NCBI GenBank assembly: GCA_035491715.1
Contig: DATJKH010000045.1
Span: 11,993 to 75,992, forward strand
Length of the DNA stretch: 64,000 nt
Source: Vicinamibacterales bacterium
GTDB taxonomy: Bacteria; Acidobacteriota; Vicinamibacteria; Vicinamibacterales; 2-12-FULL-66-21
Reading direction: 5' to 3'
Below are positions 17,238-27,445 of the stretch, in pieces. Below the pieces are notes generated by a model that did not search any database, was not told the origin of the DNA, and saw only the letters and a list, made by a program, of their open reading frames with translations. Every line of letters starts with the position of its first letter. Within the stretch, counting starts at the first letter, position 1. The position numbers were made by a program, and so were the translations under genes.

Positions 17238-19769
17238 ATGATACAAACCGCACGCTTTCTCCTGTTTCTCGCGCTCGCGATGTCGGTGAATGTCGTCAAC
17301 GCCGACGCCGAAACCGGGCAGGCTGCCTGGCTGCGCTACGCCAGGGTGGACGGTGCTGCGGCGCAGCGGATCGCGAGTGAGGTTCCGAAAACCATAGTCA
17401 CCTTCGAGTCCGCCCCGACGATCCAGAAGGCTCGAGAGGAACTCGTGGCGGGATTTCGCGCAATGGCCGCCATCGATCTTACGATCGCGGATCGCCTGCC
17501 GCCTGGCGGCGGCATCGTCGCCGGGACGGTGACGCGACTTCGCGAAACGCCAGGGCTTCTCCCGGCGGGAGTGCTGCAGCCGGATGGCTTCTGGTTGAAG
17601 ACGTCCACGATTAAAGGCGCGCCGGTTCTCGTCATTGCCGGCGAAAGCGACCGCGCTGTGTTGTACGGCACCTTCGCGCTGCTGCGAAGAGTCGCGATGG
17701 GAGCCTCGCTTGCTGCGATCGATGAAAAGGATGCGCCATACGCGCCGCTGCGCTGGGTCAACGAGTGGAACAACATCGACGGTTCGATCGAACGCGGCTA
17801 TGGTGGGCGATCGATCTTCTGGGAAGCCGGCCAGGTCCGGCAGGACCTCAGCCGCGTCAGTGAGTACGGACGGCTGCTCGCGTCGCTCGGCATCAACGGC
17901 ATCTCCATCAACAACGTCAACGCGAATCCACGCCTCCTCTCGTCGGAATTCGTGCCGCAGGTTGCGCGCGTCGCCGACGCGCTGCGGCCGTGGGGCCTCC
18001 GGGTGGCTCTCGCGATCGACTTCGGCAGCCCACAATCGCTCGGTAAGTTGCCGACCTACGATCCACTCGATCCCGCAGTGATTGCCTGGTGGAAGGCTCG
18101 CGCCGATGACCTCTACAAGGTGATTCCCGACTTTGGCGGCTTTGTGTTGAAAGCCGATTCCGAAGGACGCGTCGGTCCATCGGCGTATGGCCGAACGCAT
18201 GCGGATGCGGCCAATGTTGTTGCCCGGGCGCTGGCGCCCCACGGCGGCGTGATCTTCTATCGCGGATTCGTCTACGACCATCACATGGACTGGAACAACC
18301 CGAAGAACGATCGCGCCCGCGCCGCGTACGACAACTTCCATCCGCTCGACGGTCAGTTCGACGCGAACGCGATCGTGCAGATCAAGCACGGTCCGATCGA
18401 CTTCCAGGTGCGCGAGCCATCGTCTCCACTCTTTGGCGCGCTCGAGCGGACGAACCAGGTGATTGAATTACAAATCACCCAGGAGTACTTCGGGCAGGCA
18501 CGCCACACGGTGTTTCTCCCGCCGATGTGGAAGGAGACGCTCGACTTCGACATGCACGTCGGCTCCGGTGGACCATCACCGGTGAAGGCGCTGATTGCGG
18601 GCAAAACGTTTCGCCGGCCCCTTGGCGGATTCGTCGGTGTGTCCAACGCGGGTCTGAATGCGAACTGGTACGGCAATCACCTGTCGCAGGCGAATCTCTA
18701 CGGCTTTGGCCGGCTCGCCTGGAATCCTGACCTCACGTCGGCACGAATCGTCGATGAATGGACGCGCCTCACGTTCGGAAACGATCCACAGGTCGTCCGC
18801 ACAGTCACGGCCATTCAACTCGACTCCTGGCCGACGTACGAGAACTACACCGGCCCGCTCGGGCTTCAGACGCTGACCGACATCGTCGGCAATCACTATG
18901 GCGTCGCGGTGGAAGCGTCCGAGCGGAACGGGTGGGGACAGTGGCACCGCGCCGACGAGAACGGTGTCGGGATGGATCGCACCGTCGCGAGCGGCACAGG
19001 CTACGTCGGTCAGTATGCTCCGGCGGTGGCAAAGATCTACGAATCGCTGGCCAGCTGTCCCGATGAACTGTTGCTCTTCATGCATCACGTGCCGTATACC
19101 CATCGCCTCCGATCGGGCAAGACGGTGATTCAGCACATCTACGACTCTCACTATGAAGGCGCCGCCGCCGTCGAGCGGTTCCTGCGTGATTGGGACGCTC
19201 TCAAAGGGCGAATCGACGACGAGCGATTCAACGAGATTCGCGCGCAACTCGATTATCAGGTCGGGCAGTCGATCGTCTGGCGGGACGGGGTGACACGATG
19301 GTTTCATCGCGCCTCGAGCGTTGCCGATGCGAAAAACCGCGTCGACAATTATCCTGGCCGTCTCGAAGCGGAGTCTGCGGCGTTGACCGGGTATGTCGTC
19401 AAGGATGTGACGCCGTGGGAGACCGCATCCGGCGACAAAGCGATTGAGTGTGCATCTGCGAGTTGCGCGGCGACATTTCGCTATGCCGGCGCTGCCGGAC
19501 GGCATGACCTGACGGTTCGCTACTTTGACGTCAACACTGGCGCCGCGCGCTTTCGTGTGCGGGTCGGCGAACGCACGCTCGCCGAATGGACCGCCTCCGA
19601 TCGCGTGCCGACGCGACGGCTTGACGGCTCGTCGTCGTCGCGGTACGTGATCCGCGATGTGGCATTGAATGCCGGCGACGCGATCGTTGTTGAAGGTATT
19701 CCGGACGCGATGGAAACCGCGGCGCTCGACTACATCGAGGTGCAGCCGCACGTCGATCGCAATCAATAA
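17238..19769 (+). CDS. aguA: Alpha-glucuronidase (GH67) with C-terminal carbohydrate-binding-like domain
   Basis: Trimmed to the ATG at 17238, which begins a signal peptide. N-terminal segment ETGQAAWLRYARVD resembles the GH67 N-terminal pattern as I recall it, followed by a long catalytic region. The C-terminal ~130 aa (NYPGRLEAESAALTGY...LDYIEVQP) are CBM6/35-like. Confidence 0.8.
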   Translation: MIQTARFLLFLALAMSVNVVNADAETGQAAWLRYARVDGAAAQRIASEVPKTIVTFESAPTIQKAREELVAGFRAMAAIDLTIADRLPPGGGIVAGTVTRLRETPGLLPAGVLQPDGFWLKTSTIKGAPVLVIAGESDRAVLYGTFALLRRVAMGASLAAIDEKDAPYAPLRWVNEWNNIDGSIERGYGGRSIFWEAGQVRQDLSRVSEYGRLLASLGINGISINNVNANPRLLSSEFVPQVARVADALRPWGLRVALAIDFGSPQSLGKLPTYDPLDPAVIAWWKARADDLYKVIPDFGGFVLKADSEGRVGPSAYGRTHADAANVVARALAPHGGVIFYRGFVYDHHMDWNNPKNDRARAAYDNFHPLDGQFDANAIVQIKHGPIDFQVREPSSPLFGALERTNQVIELQITQEYFGQARHTVFLPPMWKETLDFDMHVGSGGPSPVKALIAGKTFRRPLGGFVGVSNAGLNANWYGNHLSQANLYGFGRLAWNPDLTSARIVDEWTRLTFGNDPQVVRTVTAIQLDSWPTYENYTGPLGLQTLTDIVGNHYGVAVEASERNGWGQWHRADENGVGMDRTVASGTGYVGQYAPAVAKIYESLASCPDELLLFMHHVPYTHRLRSGKTVIQHIYDSHYEGAAAVERFLRDWDALKGRIDDERFNEIRAQLDYQVGQSIVWRDGVTRWFHRASSVADAKNRVDNYPGRLEAESAALTGYVVKDVTPWETASGDKAIECASASCAATFRYAGAAGRHDLTVRYFDVNTGAARFRVRVGERTLAEWTASDRVPTRRLDGSSSSRYVIRDVALNAGDAIVVEGIPDAMETAALDYIEVQPHVDRNQ

Positions 19770-19792
19770 CGACAAATAGAGAAGGACGAATT

Positions 19793-21142
19793 ATGACGAG
19801 GCGCCGCATTCAGCTTCTCACGATCGTTACTGTTGTCGCGGCACATGTCACCTTCGCGTCCGCTCAACCGAATTCAAAGAAGCCGGAAAACTGGACGCCA
19901 ACGTGGGCCACGGCACAGCAACTCATTCGCACGCCCCCTCCCGTTCCCGCGACCGCGCCTGCGGCAGCGACCAATGCGCCGACGTCGAACTTGGCGGCGA
20001 CGTCGGTTTCGGCTCAGCGTGGCAGAGGGCCTGCCGGCTCCATGTTCCGGGTGACGGCTTTTTCAAATCAGACCGTCCGCATGATCCTGCGGACCAGCAT
20101 CGGTGGACGCCGGGCGCGCGTCAAACTGTCGAACGCGTTCGGATCCGCGCCGGTGCTGATTGGCGCGGCCCATCTCGCCAAGCGGGGCACTGGTTCAGCG
20201 ATCGCGCCTGGCACCGATCGACCGCTCACGTTCGGCGGCAAGGCCTCGGTCACGATGATGCCTGGCGTCGTTGTCGTCAGCGATCCGATAGACATCGACG
20301 TTCCGGCGCTGGGAGATCTCGCGGTGAGCCTGTATCTGCCGAGCGACACCGGCCCGCCCACGACACATGCCACCGCGCTGCACACCACCTACATCTCCAC
20401 GGAAGGTGACTTCACTGGTCAGTCAGAGTTCCCGCTGGCAGGGACGACGCAGCAATATTACTGGGTGTCGAGCGTCGAGGTTGATGCACCAGCCGATGCG
20501 GGAGCCATTGTCGCGTTCGGGGACTCGATCACCGATGGCGCGCGCTCGACCGCCGACACGAACAATTCGTGGCCGGCACTTCTGGCGGCGCGCTTGGGTG
20601 CGGACAAGGCGACGGCTAACATTGCCGTCGTCAATGAAGGCATCGGGGGCAACCGGCTCTTCACCGACGCCACCGGCCTTGCCGGCGTCAGCGCCCTTGC
20701 GCGGCTCGATCGCGACGCGCTGAGCCATCCCAACGTCAAGTGGTTGATGATTCTCGAGGGGATCAACGACATCGGCACGCTGGCATCGTCGACGACCACC
20801 ACTCCGATTACCAAAGACGACCTGATCTGGGTTCTGCAGCAGGTGATCGATCGCGCGCATTCGCAGGGAATAAAAGTGATCGGCTGCACGCTGACGCCGT
20901 ATGAAGGGGCAGGGTACGCGCGCGAGAACGGCGAAGCCATCCGTTCGGCGGTCAATGAGTGGGTTCGAAAGTCCGGCGCATTCGATGCAGTTGTGGATTT
21001 CGAGGCCGCGACGCGCGATCCGAACAATCCAAAGCGGTTCAAGCCGGAGTTCGATCCGGGTGATCACCTCCATCCAAACGACGCGGGCTATAAGGCCATG
21101 GCGGACGCGGTCGACCTGTCGATTTTCAAGTCAAAAAAATAA
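19793..21142 (+). CDS. SGNH/GDSL hydrolase family esterase with N-terminal beta-sandwich
   Basis: 449 aa with a signal peptide. Block I is IVAFGDSITDG, block III is GIGGN, block V is DHLHPND. Confidence 0.85.
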   Translation: MTRRRIQLLTIVTVVAAHVTFASAQPNSKKPENWTPTWATAQQLIRTPPPVPATAPAAATNAPTSNLAATSVSAQRGRGPAGSMFRVTAFSNQTVRMILRTSIGGRRARVKLSNAFGSAPVLIGAAHLAKRGTGSAIAPGTDRPLTFGGKASVTMMPGVVVVSDPIDIDVPALGDLAVSLYLPSDTGPPTTHATALHTTYISTEGDFTGQSEFPLAGTTQQYYWVSSVEVDAPADAGAIVAFGDSITDGARSTADTNNSWPALLAARLGADKATANIAVVNEGIGGNRLFTDATGLAGVSALARLDRDALSHPNVKWLMILEGINDIGTLASSTTTTPITKDDLIWVLQQVIDRAHSQGIKVIGCTLTPYEGAGYARENGEAIRSAVNEWVRKSGAFDAVVDFEAATRDPNNPKRFKPEFDPGDHLHPNDAGYKAMADAVDLSIFKSKK

Positions 21143-21217
21143 CCGTTGCAGTATAGTTCCGGCGCCATGCCTGAGCTGAAACTGCCCGCACCCTGATTTC
21201 CGTCGCTGACGCCGCGC

Positions 21218-22936
21218 GTGGCGTGGCGACGTCCGTCTCTTCGCTGGTCCTCAACGTTCGCGTGGGTCGCGATCGGATGGATCGTGGTGTTCTGGCGTCT
21301 CGGATATGCCAGCCTTCTCGATCCGGACGAGGCGCACTACGCCGAATTGACGCGGGAGATGCTGCACTCGGGCAGTTGGCTGGTGCCGCTTCTCGACGGA
21401 AAACCTTTCATCGACAAGCCGGTTCTCTTTCACTGGTTGCAGGGCGCTTCTGTTCTCGTTCTCGGCGAAACCGAGTTCGCCGCCAGGCTTCCCACCGCAT
21501 TGTCGGCCGTCGGTCTGTTTGCCATCACTCGATGGGTGGGCGGCGCGCTGTTTGATGCGGAAGTGGGAACGCTCGGCGCGATCATGTTCGCTACCATTCC
21601 GGCGACGTTTGCCCTCGCATCGATCGCGATCTTCGACATGGTCTTCGCGCTGTTCCTATTTGGCGCGCTTGCATGCCTGCTGGTTGCGGCCAAGCAGACG
21701 AACCGTCGGACCGAGAGCTTTGGATATGTGCTGCTGACGCTGGCGGTGATGACCAAAGGCCCAGTCGCGCTGATCCTCGCCGCGCTGTTCGTCGTCGCCG
21801 GCTATCTGATGTCGGCTGAGACGAGAGTGCGGATGCGACAACTGCACTGGAAGGTTGGTCTTCCAGCCGTCGCGCTTGCCGCCTCCCCGTGGTTCGTCTG
21901 GATGCAATGGCGATTCGGCGACGAGTTCGTCAAAGGATACCTCCTCGCCGGCAACCTGTGGTACGTCACGCAGCCAATCGAGTTCTCCGCGCGTGCTGTC
22001 AATCACACCTTCTACATCCGTGCCTTCACTGGGGCATTCTTTCCGTGGAGCATCGTTGTCGCCGGCAGGGCTGTCGACGCCTTCCAGCGGCTCCGCCGAA
22101 ATGAGCCGCTCGAAGCCGGCGAACGGCTGCTGTGGCTCTGGACGATCGTCGTCGTTGGATTCTTCAGCATTGCCCGCTTCAAGCTGGATCATTACATCTT
22201 TCCCGCAGCCCCCGCATGCTGTCTGTTGGCCGCGCACGGTTGGCGCGAAGCCGCCCGCGACCGCGAAGGACGATTGTGGGGGACGCGATACAGTGTGCTC
22301 CTCGTTGCCGGCATGCTGATTGTCGGTGGAAGTTTTGGTGGCGTCGCGCTGGCGCATTTGGATCTTGCGCTATCCCCGTGGGCGCTCATCCTGCCGCTGA
22401 CGATCTTTGCCGGTGGAGTAGGGTTGCTGTTTCAATCAGAACGTCTCGCGTGGCGAGTCCCCACTGGCATCAGCGTGCTGGTGGTCGCTCTGCTCGTCAG
22501 CTATGCGACTGTTGTCGCGGTGGGGTTTCCTGCGCTGGAGCAGGTGCGGCCAACGGCGCGGGTCGCACGTCAGCTCGCCCGCGTCGCTTCACCCGCGGCG
22601 CCGGTTGGTCTCTACCAACTGGAGCGATGGCGCGGGAGTCTGCGTTACTATTTGGATCGTCCCATCAACCGGCTCGAAACCGCCGGCGATGTGTCCGCGT
22701 TTCTGTCGCGACCGGAACCGGTTTACGTCGTGATGCTGCGTCGCGATTACCTGGCTCTCAGAGAACAAGGCGCTCCCGTGCATTTACTCACCGCGCACAG
22801 GGCCGTTGTCGGTACGATTGGCCGCGGGCTCCGCCGCCAGCGCTGGGGATTCCTGGTTGTCGTCACCAACGTTCAGCGCAGGCCGCGCGCCGATCGGCGG
22901 CAGCCATATCCGCAGGTGGATCGGCTGACCGACTGA
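21218..22936 (+). CDS. Glycosyltransferase family 39/83 (ArnT/PMT-like, GT-C)
   Basis: 572 aa, multi-TM. N-terminal loop LLDPDEAHYAELTREMLHSGSWLVPLLDGKPFIDKPVLFHWLQG is typical of ArnT-like enzymes. Confidence 0.8.
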   Translation: MAWRRPSLRWSSTFAWVAIGWIVVFWRLGYASLLDPDEAHYAELTREMLHSGSWLVPLLDGKPFIDKPVLFHWLQGASVLVLGETEFAARLPTALSAVGLFAITRWVGGALFDAEVGTLGAIMFATIPATFALASIAIFDMVFALFLFGALACLLVAAKQTNRRTESFGYVLLTLAVMTKGPVALILAALFVVAGYLMSAETRVRMRQLHWKVGLPAVALAASPWFVWMQWRFGDEFVKGYLLAGNLWYVTQPIEFSARAVNHTFYIRAFTGAFFPWSIVVAGRAVDAFQRLRRNEPLEAGERLLWLWTIVVVGFFSIARFKLDHYIFPAAPACCLLAAHGWREAARDREGRLWGTRYSVLLVAGMLIVGGSFGGVALAHLDLALSPWALILPLTIFAGGVGLLFQSERLAWRVPTGISVLVVALLVSYATVVAVGFPALEQVRPTARVARQLARVASPAAPVGLYQLERWRGSLRYYLDRPINRLETAGDVSAFLSRPEPVYVVMLRRDYLALREQGAPVHLLTAHRAVVGTIGRGLRRQRWGFLVVVTNVQRRPRADRRQPYPQVDRLTD

Positions 22937-22940
22937 GCTC

Positions 22941-23975
22941 CTACGAGCGCGATCGATACAGGGCGACGAGCGCAGCGCCGATTGCCTGCGACAAGTCTCC
23001 GAGCGAAGCAGGCACAACCGTCAGTGCCTCGCGCTGCGGAGGCCACAAGTACGGCGCAGCGGTGTCGCGAATGATTTGAAGATAGCGCGTTCGAAACTCG
23101 CTGGTTGTTGATTCCGGGTCCATCAAGCCCCCGCCGATCACCACGAACTGGGCGTCGAGTGCCATCGACAGCGATGCGACATGGAGTCCGAGCGCGCGAG
23201 CCTGGAAATCGAAGATCTCGACCGCGAGACGATCCCCCTTCTGCGCGAGCCCTCGCAATGCCAGCGCCTTGTGCCTCGAGGATCCTGGCGACGACGAGAG
23301 TTCATGATCGGGATATCGTTTGAGACCCTCCTCGAGAAGATACGGCAAGCCTGCCAGTGTTGTGTACATTTCGACACAACCCCACGTCCGCCCGCATCCG
23401 CATGTATACGGCTTGGCATCGAGCAGGTGGAGGGGAGCCGGCATGTGCGCGGCCTCCATCCCGGAGATCGTGTCGCCGTCGAGCGGAAGGCCGCGTCGAT
23501 CGACATACGCACAACCCAGGCCTGAGCCCGGCGCCAGCATGATCACCGACGCTTCGACGTTTCCACGTGCGCGCTGAGCTTCCGCAACCCCGCCCATGTT
23601 TCCGTCATTACCGATGAGCAGCGGAATGCGCGCCCCCGCGGCGCGTTCGAGCGCTCGCTGATAGCCTGCATGCACATCAAATCCGGCGAACGTTGCCGGC
23701 AGGTTCGGCGAACGTCCGAACACACCATAACGTTCGTACGGACCTGGAATAGCGAGTCCGACGCCACGAACGTCGCCCCACGAGAGGTTGTTCGCCGCGA
23801 GATAGTCAGTAATCGCATCGGCCCACGTCGCCATGAGCGCGTCAGGCCCCGCATCCGCGTTCGTCGGGCGCTGCAGGAGTTTCGTCGAGACCGCCTCACC
23901 GTTCCCCCACACCCCGGCCACCTTCGATGTCGTCGCCCCACCGTCGGTGCCGATGTACACCTCACTCCCGCTCAT
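22941..23975 (-). CDS. ROK family sugar kinase
   Basis: 344 aa. N-terminal IGTDGGATTSK, ROK zinc motif YTCGCGRTWGCVEMY, and GNDGNMGGVAE. Confidence 0.85.
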   Translation of the reverse strand: MSGSEVYIGTDGGATTSKVAGVWGNGEAVSTKLLQRPTNADAGPDALMATWADAITDYLAANNLSWGDVRGVGLAIPGPYERYGVFGRSPNLPATFAGFDVHAGYQRALERAAGARIPLLIGNDGNMGGVAEAQRARGNVEASVIMLAPGSGLGCAYVDRRGLPLDGDTISGMEAAHMPAPLHLLDAKPYTCGCGRTWGCVEMYTTLAGLPYLLEEGLKRYPDHELSSSPGSSRHKALALRGLAQKGDRLAVEIFDFQARALGLHVASLSMALDAQFVVIGGGLMDPESTTSEFRTRYLQIIRDTAAPYLWPPQREALTVVPASLGDLSQAIGAALVALYRSRS

Positions 23976-24053
23976 GCCGAAGTCCTTTCGATCACTCTGG
24001 TGGAGCCTACCATGTGGCTTCCGGCTTTGTGGCTTCCCGCAGGCGGAAGGACC

Positions 24054-24386
24054 TTATTCCGTTGGCAACCGTTCCACCGTCACAAACAGCGGTCCTACTC
24101 CGAGGAGCGCCACGAGCGCCATGCTACCCAGGCCGGCGCGATTCACGACCCGGAACCTCACATGTTCGTTTGGTGCCGCTTCGAATTCGACCGTTTTCCA
24201 GACGAGCGTGTTGTGAGCGCGAAGCCTGTGGTGGCCAGATGCGATTTCACGACTGGTCCGTTGACCGAATAACAGGGTCGCCATTTCTTCGCCGTCGAGC
24301 GACACGACCACCTGCCGCGTGCGGACGTCGTTTGTACCGGCGCGATCGACTGTTAATCGCGCTGTTGGTGGGCTATCGTCGGTCAT
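24054..24386 (-). CDS. Hypothetical protein with C-terminal hydrophobic segment
   Basis: 110 aa, 15 nt downstream of the OMP gene on the same strand. No recognisable motif. Confidence 0.45.
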   Translation of the reverse strand: MTDDSPPTARLTVDRAGTNDVRTRQVVVSLDGEEMATLLFGQRTSREIASGHHRLRAHNTLVWKTVEFEAAPNEHVRFRVVNRAGLGSMALVALLGVGPLFVTVERLPTE

Positions 24387-24401
24387 GACGCGTCGAAACC
24401 G

Positions 24402-24947
24402 TCAGAAATAGATCACCACGCCCACCGCCGTTCGGGTCCCGACCACGTCGCCACGACTTGTCGTGCGAAGGGGCACTGCACCCGTGCCACTCACGGAACC
24501 CACCTGATGGCTGTATTGAAGGCCGGCTTCTCCAAACACCGCAAATCTGCGGCTAAGCGCATAATGACCGCCAAAACTTCCCGAAACCGAATAGACATCA
24601 GTCTTGGACTCGACGACGTCCCCGCTTCCGCTCGTTCGACCGTAGGCAAAGCGCGGTGCCACATACAATTTCAGGTTGTCGCGAATGCGCGAGTACAGGA
24701 GGACGCTGACGCCCGTGTTGAATGATGAGAAATCCGTCGTCGCATCGATGAGACTCTGACTCGAGCTGCTCGTCGTGGTGAACGAGACCTCCGGTCGCAC
24801 GGCGATGCTTTCTGAAATATGCCACTGGATGCCGATGACCGAGGGATAACCTGTTGTGAGTCCGACACGGCCTGAGTCTTGCGCGTCGGCGCTCGCGGCT
24901 GCGGCGCTAAAGACGCATCCCATCACCAGAAACCTTACCGCGCGCAT
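24402..24947 (-). CDS. Small outer-membrane beta-barrel protein
   Basis: Trimmed to MRAVRFLVMGCVFSAAAASADAQD (signal peptide). Alternating beta pattern, with C-terminus ...VGVVIYF. Confidence 0.7.
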   Translation of the reverse strand: MRAVRFLVMGCVFSAAAASADAQDSGRVGLTTGYPSVIGIQWHISESIAVRPEVSFTTTSSSSQSLIDATTDFSSFNTGVSVLLYSRIRDNLKLYVAPRFAYGRTSGSGDVVESKTDVYSVSGSFGGHYALSRRFAVFGEAGLQYSHQVGSVSGTGAVPLRTTSRGDVVGTRTAVGVVIYF

Positions 24948-24997
24948 TCTTAAACCTCGCGTCTCATCGAGCCACATCGGAGAGCCTATATTCTAAA

Positions 24998-25945
24998 TTG
25001 CACATGGCCGGCACCGAATGGCGCGTCGATGAAGAATCGTCGGGGACCCGCCTCGACAAGTTCCTTGCGGATGCGACTCGGCTACGGTCACGGGGCCGCG
25101 CCCTCGAGGCGTTGGAGCGAGGGAAGATCTACCTCAACGACAATGAAGCCAGTCTCGGCGATGCGGGCCGTCGGCTGGTTACTGGTGATGTGGTGCGGGC
25201 GTGGCTCGACCGTCCTGGCAGCTCGAGGCGCCTTTCCCGCACCGGCGTGGTCGCCGGAGTCGACATCGTCTACGAGGACGATGAACTGATCGTCGTCAAC
25301 AAGCCCGCCGGCATCCTCACGGTTCCATTGGAACGCCGGCCGGATGCGCTCTCGGTGCTTGGTCAGCTGGAAGACCGTTTCAGATCGCACGGCCGTAACC
25401 GCGTGTTTCCCGTGCATCGCATCGATCAGAACACGTCAGGCCTTGTCCTCTTTGCGAAGCACACCTCCGCGCAGCGGACTCTGAAAGAGCAGTTCAAGCG
25501 TCGCGAGCCTAGGCGCGTCTATTGGGCACTCGTGTATGGCACACCCGATCCACCGGAAGGGACGTGGCGCGACGTGCTCGTCTGGGACGAAAAAGCTCTT
25601 ATTCAGAAGGAGACACATCCCCGCGATCCCCGTGGGCAGGAGGCGATCAGTCGCTACTCGGTCCTCGAAGCATTCACAGACGCGTCGCTCATCGAAGTCA
25701 CGCTGAAAACCGGGCGCCGCAACCAGATACGAATTCAGGCACGTCTTCGCGGTCACACGCTCGTCGGAGAGGACCGGTACGTCTACGGACCAGGTTCGCT
25801 GCGGACCATTGATTTTGGCCGCCAGGCACTCCACGCGCGACGACTCTCAATCCGCCATCCCACCGATGGCCGGTCGCTCGAGTTCGAGGCGCCGTTGCCG
25901 GCGGATTTTCTCGAGTTGCTGACTCGGTTGCGCGGGCACCGCTGA
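24998..25945 (+). CDS. RluA-family pseudouridine synthase with S4-like N-domain
   Basis: 315 aa. Catalytic motif VHRIDQNTSGLVLFAK and ...GRRNQIRIQ... The start is ambiguous (TTG 24998 or ATG 25004). Confidence 0.88.
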   Translation: MHMAGTEWRVDEESSGTRLDKFLADATRLRSRGRALEALERGKIYLNDNEASLGDAGRRLVTGDVVRAWLDRPGSSRRLSRTGVVAGVDIVYEDDELIVVNKPAGILTVPLERRPDALSVLGQLEDRFRSHGRNRVFPVHRIDQNTSGLVLFAKHTSAQRTLKEQFKRREPRRVYWALVYGTPDPPEGTWRDVLVWDEKALIQKETHPRDPRGQEAISRYSVLEAFTDASLIEVTLKTGRRNQIRIQARLRGHTLVGEDRYVYGPGSLRTIDFGRQALHARRLSIRHPTDGRSLEFEAPLPADFLELLTRLRGHR

Positions 25946-25957
25946 TCTATCCTCGGT

Positions 25958-26347
25958 TTGGAGGGATTGATGGAACGTGTGCTCGGGCGGTTCAGTCCGC
26001 AACTCTACGCTGTGATGCGGATTGTCGTTGGGTTGCTCTTTGCGTGTCATGGCGCCCAGAAGCTGTTTGGCGTTTTGGGTGGGCAGCAGGTTGAACTCGC
26101 GTCGAAGCTCGGCCTCGCGGGCATCATCGAGTTGGTCGGCGGGCTGATGATCGCGATTGGATTTCTCACAGGCACCGCGGCGTTCATCGCGAGCGGGGAA
26201 ATGGCGTACGCCTACTTCACGGCGCACATGCCGAAGGGCGGCGCACCGATCCAGAACGGCGGCGAACCGGCGGTCCTTTACTGTTTTGTCTTCCTCTATA
26301 TCGCAGCCCGCGGGGTCGGCGTGTGGGGAGTGGATAAGAGAACGTGA
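25958..26347 (+). CDS. DoxX family membrane protein
   Basis: 129 aa. Contains YAVMRIVVGLLFACHGAQKLFG and four TM segments. Confidence 0.8.
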   Translation: MEGLMERVLGRFSPQLYAVMRIVVGLLFACHGAQKLFGVLGGQQVELASKLGLAGIIELVGGLMIAIGFLTGTAAFIASGEMAYAYFTAHMPKGGAPIQNGGEPAVLYCFVFLYIAARGVGVWGVDKRT

Positions 26348-26441
26348 ATCTAATTGGTGAATTAGTCAGTTGGTGAGTTGCAGCTTCAAGGGTCGGACGC
26401 TGCGCCGCCCTGATTCACCAACTCACTAATTCGCTCATTCA
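26348..26441. repeat. AT-rich inverted-repeat element between convergent genes (GAATC/TAATT-unit family)
   Basis: Arms are AATTAGTCAGTTGGTGA (26360..26376) and TCACCAACTCACTAATT (26415..26431), 16/17 complementary. The right flank CACTAATTCGCTCATTCACTAATT resembles the repeat at 59819. Confidence 0.8.
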
Positions 26442-27014
26442 CTAATTGCCCGCCTGCCATCGCCTCACAGCGTCCAATGGGTAGATCAGCATCAGAATGT
26501 TGAGTGTCAGATTGTCGCGGATCCAGTAGGCCAACACCAACTCCATCACAACGGCCACGACCAGCGTGACCCAGGCGGGTAGGCGCGCCGCAAGAAAGAA
26601 ACCCGCAGTCATGGCGACGATGTCGGAAACAGAATTGACGACGCTGTCGCCGTAGTAGTCGAGGGAGATGGTCGCTTCGCGGTAGCGATTGATGATGAAG
26701 TCGGTGTTCTCGACGATCTCCCAGGTTGATTCGACGCACACCGCCAGCACGAGCCGAGTCCCGATACTCCATCGTCGCCCGACGAGCCACAACAGCGCGT
26801 AGAACGCAAACCCGTGAATGACGTGGGTAAAAGTGTACCAGTCACTGAGGTGCTGTGAGTTCTCTGAGCTCTGCACTACGCCGTGCCACAGTTTCACGGA
26901 GCCGCACTTGCAGATTGGTACGCGCCCCATCCACAGCAAGATCGCTGCAGAGCCGGCGATGATCACCAGAGTCAGCAGCATCGATCGAATGAGTCGGCGC
27001 GCGACCGGGCTCAT
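26442..27014 (-). CDS. DUF2585 (UPF0314) family membrane protein
   Basis: 190 aa. Contains ...[40 protein letters not shown]..., recognised from memory of this family. Confidence 0.65.
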   Translation of the reverse strand: MSPVARRLIRSMLLTLVIIAGSAAILLWMGRVPICKCGSVKLWHGVVQSSENSQHLSDWYTFTHVIHGFAFYALLWLVGRRWSIGTRLVLAVCVESTWEIVENTDFIINRYREATISLDYYGDSVVNSVSDIVAMTAGFFLAARLPAWVTLVVAVVMELVLAYWIRDNLTLNILMLIYPLDAVRRWQAGN

Positions 27015-27056
27015 GAATGGCGCGATGTTAGCATCGAGAGCGTGAGCGAGGTCGTC

Positions 27057-27227
27057 ATGCCTACACGTTCGATCGTCACCGTCTTTTTAGTCCTGTTGCT
27101 CGCTGTTGTCGTCTCGGGTTGCAGCGTCGTTGGCGGCATCTTCAAAGCAGGGTTCTGGACCGGCATCATCATCGTTGTTTTGATAGTCGCGGCTCTGCTG
27201 TTTCTCGTGGCGAAGGCCCGCGACTGA
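27057..27227 (+). CDS. Small putative lipoprotein/membrane protein
   Basis: 56 aa, trimmed to the ATG at 27057. Lipobox-like LAVVVSGC followed by a second TM segment. Confidence 0.45.
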   Translation: MPTRSIVTVFLVLLLAVVVSGCSVVGGIFKAGFWTGIIIVVLIVAALLFLVAKARD

Positions 27228-27445
27228 TCGTGACGAATTGATCGGCTCCGGTACTCAAGTCTTAGGACCAAAGCCGTAGAGCGTCGTCGCGATTCTTACA
27301 TTATTGAAGTGTTATCGGATGTGCGCGACTGTGCGAGCGACGCGCCGTATGCTGGCGCGCCGATTGCCTATCACGCAGTATCCCAGCTCCTCACGTTCCT
27401 GACGTCTTGTCGTGATGCAGAGGCGGTCTGGCGACCGTCGTGTTT

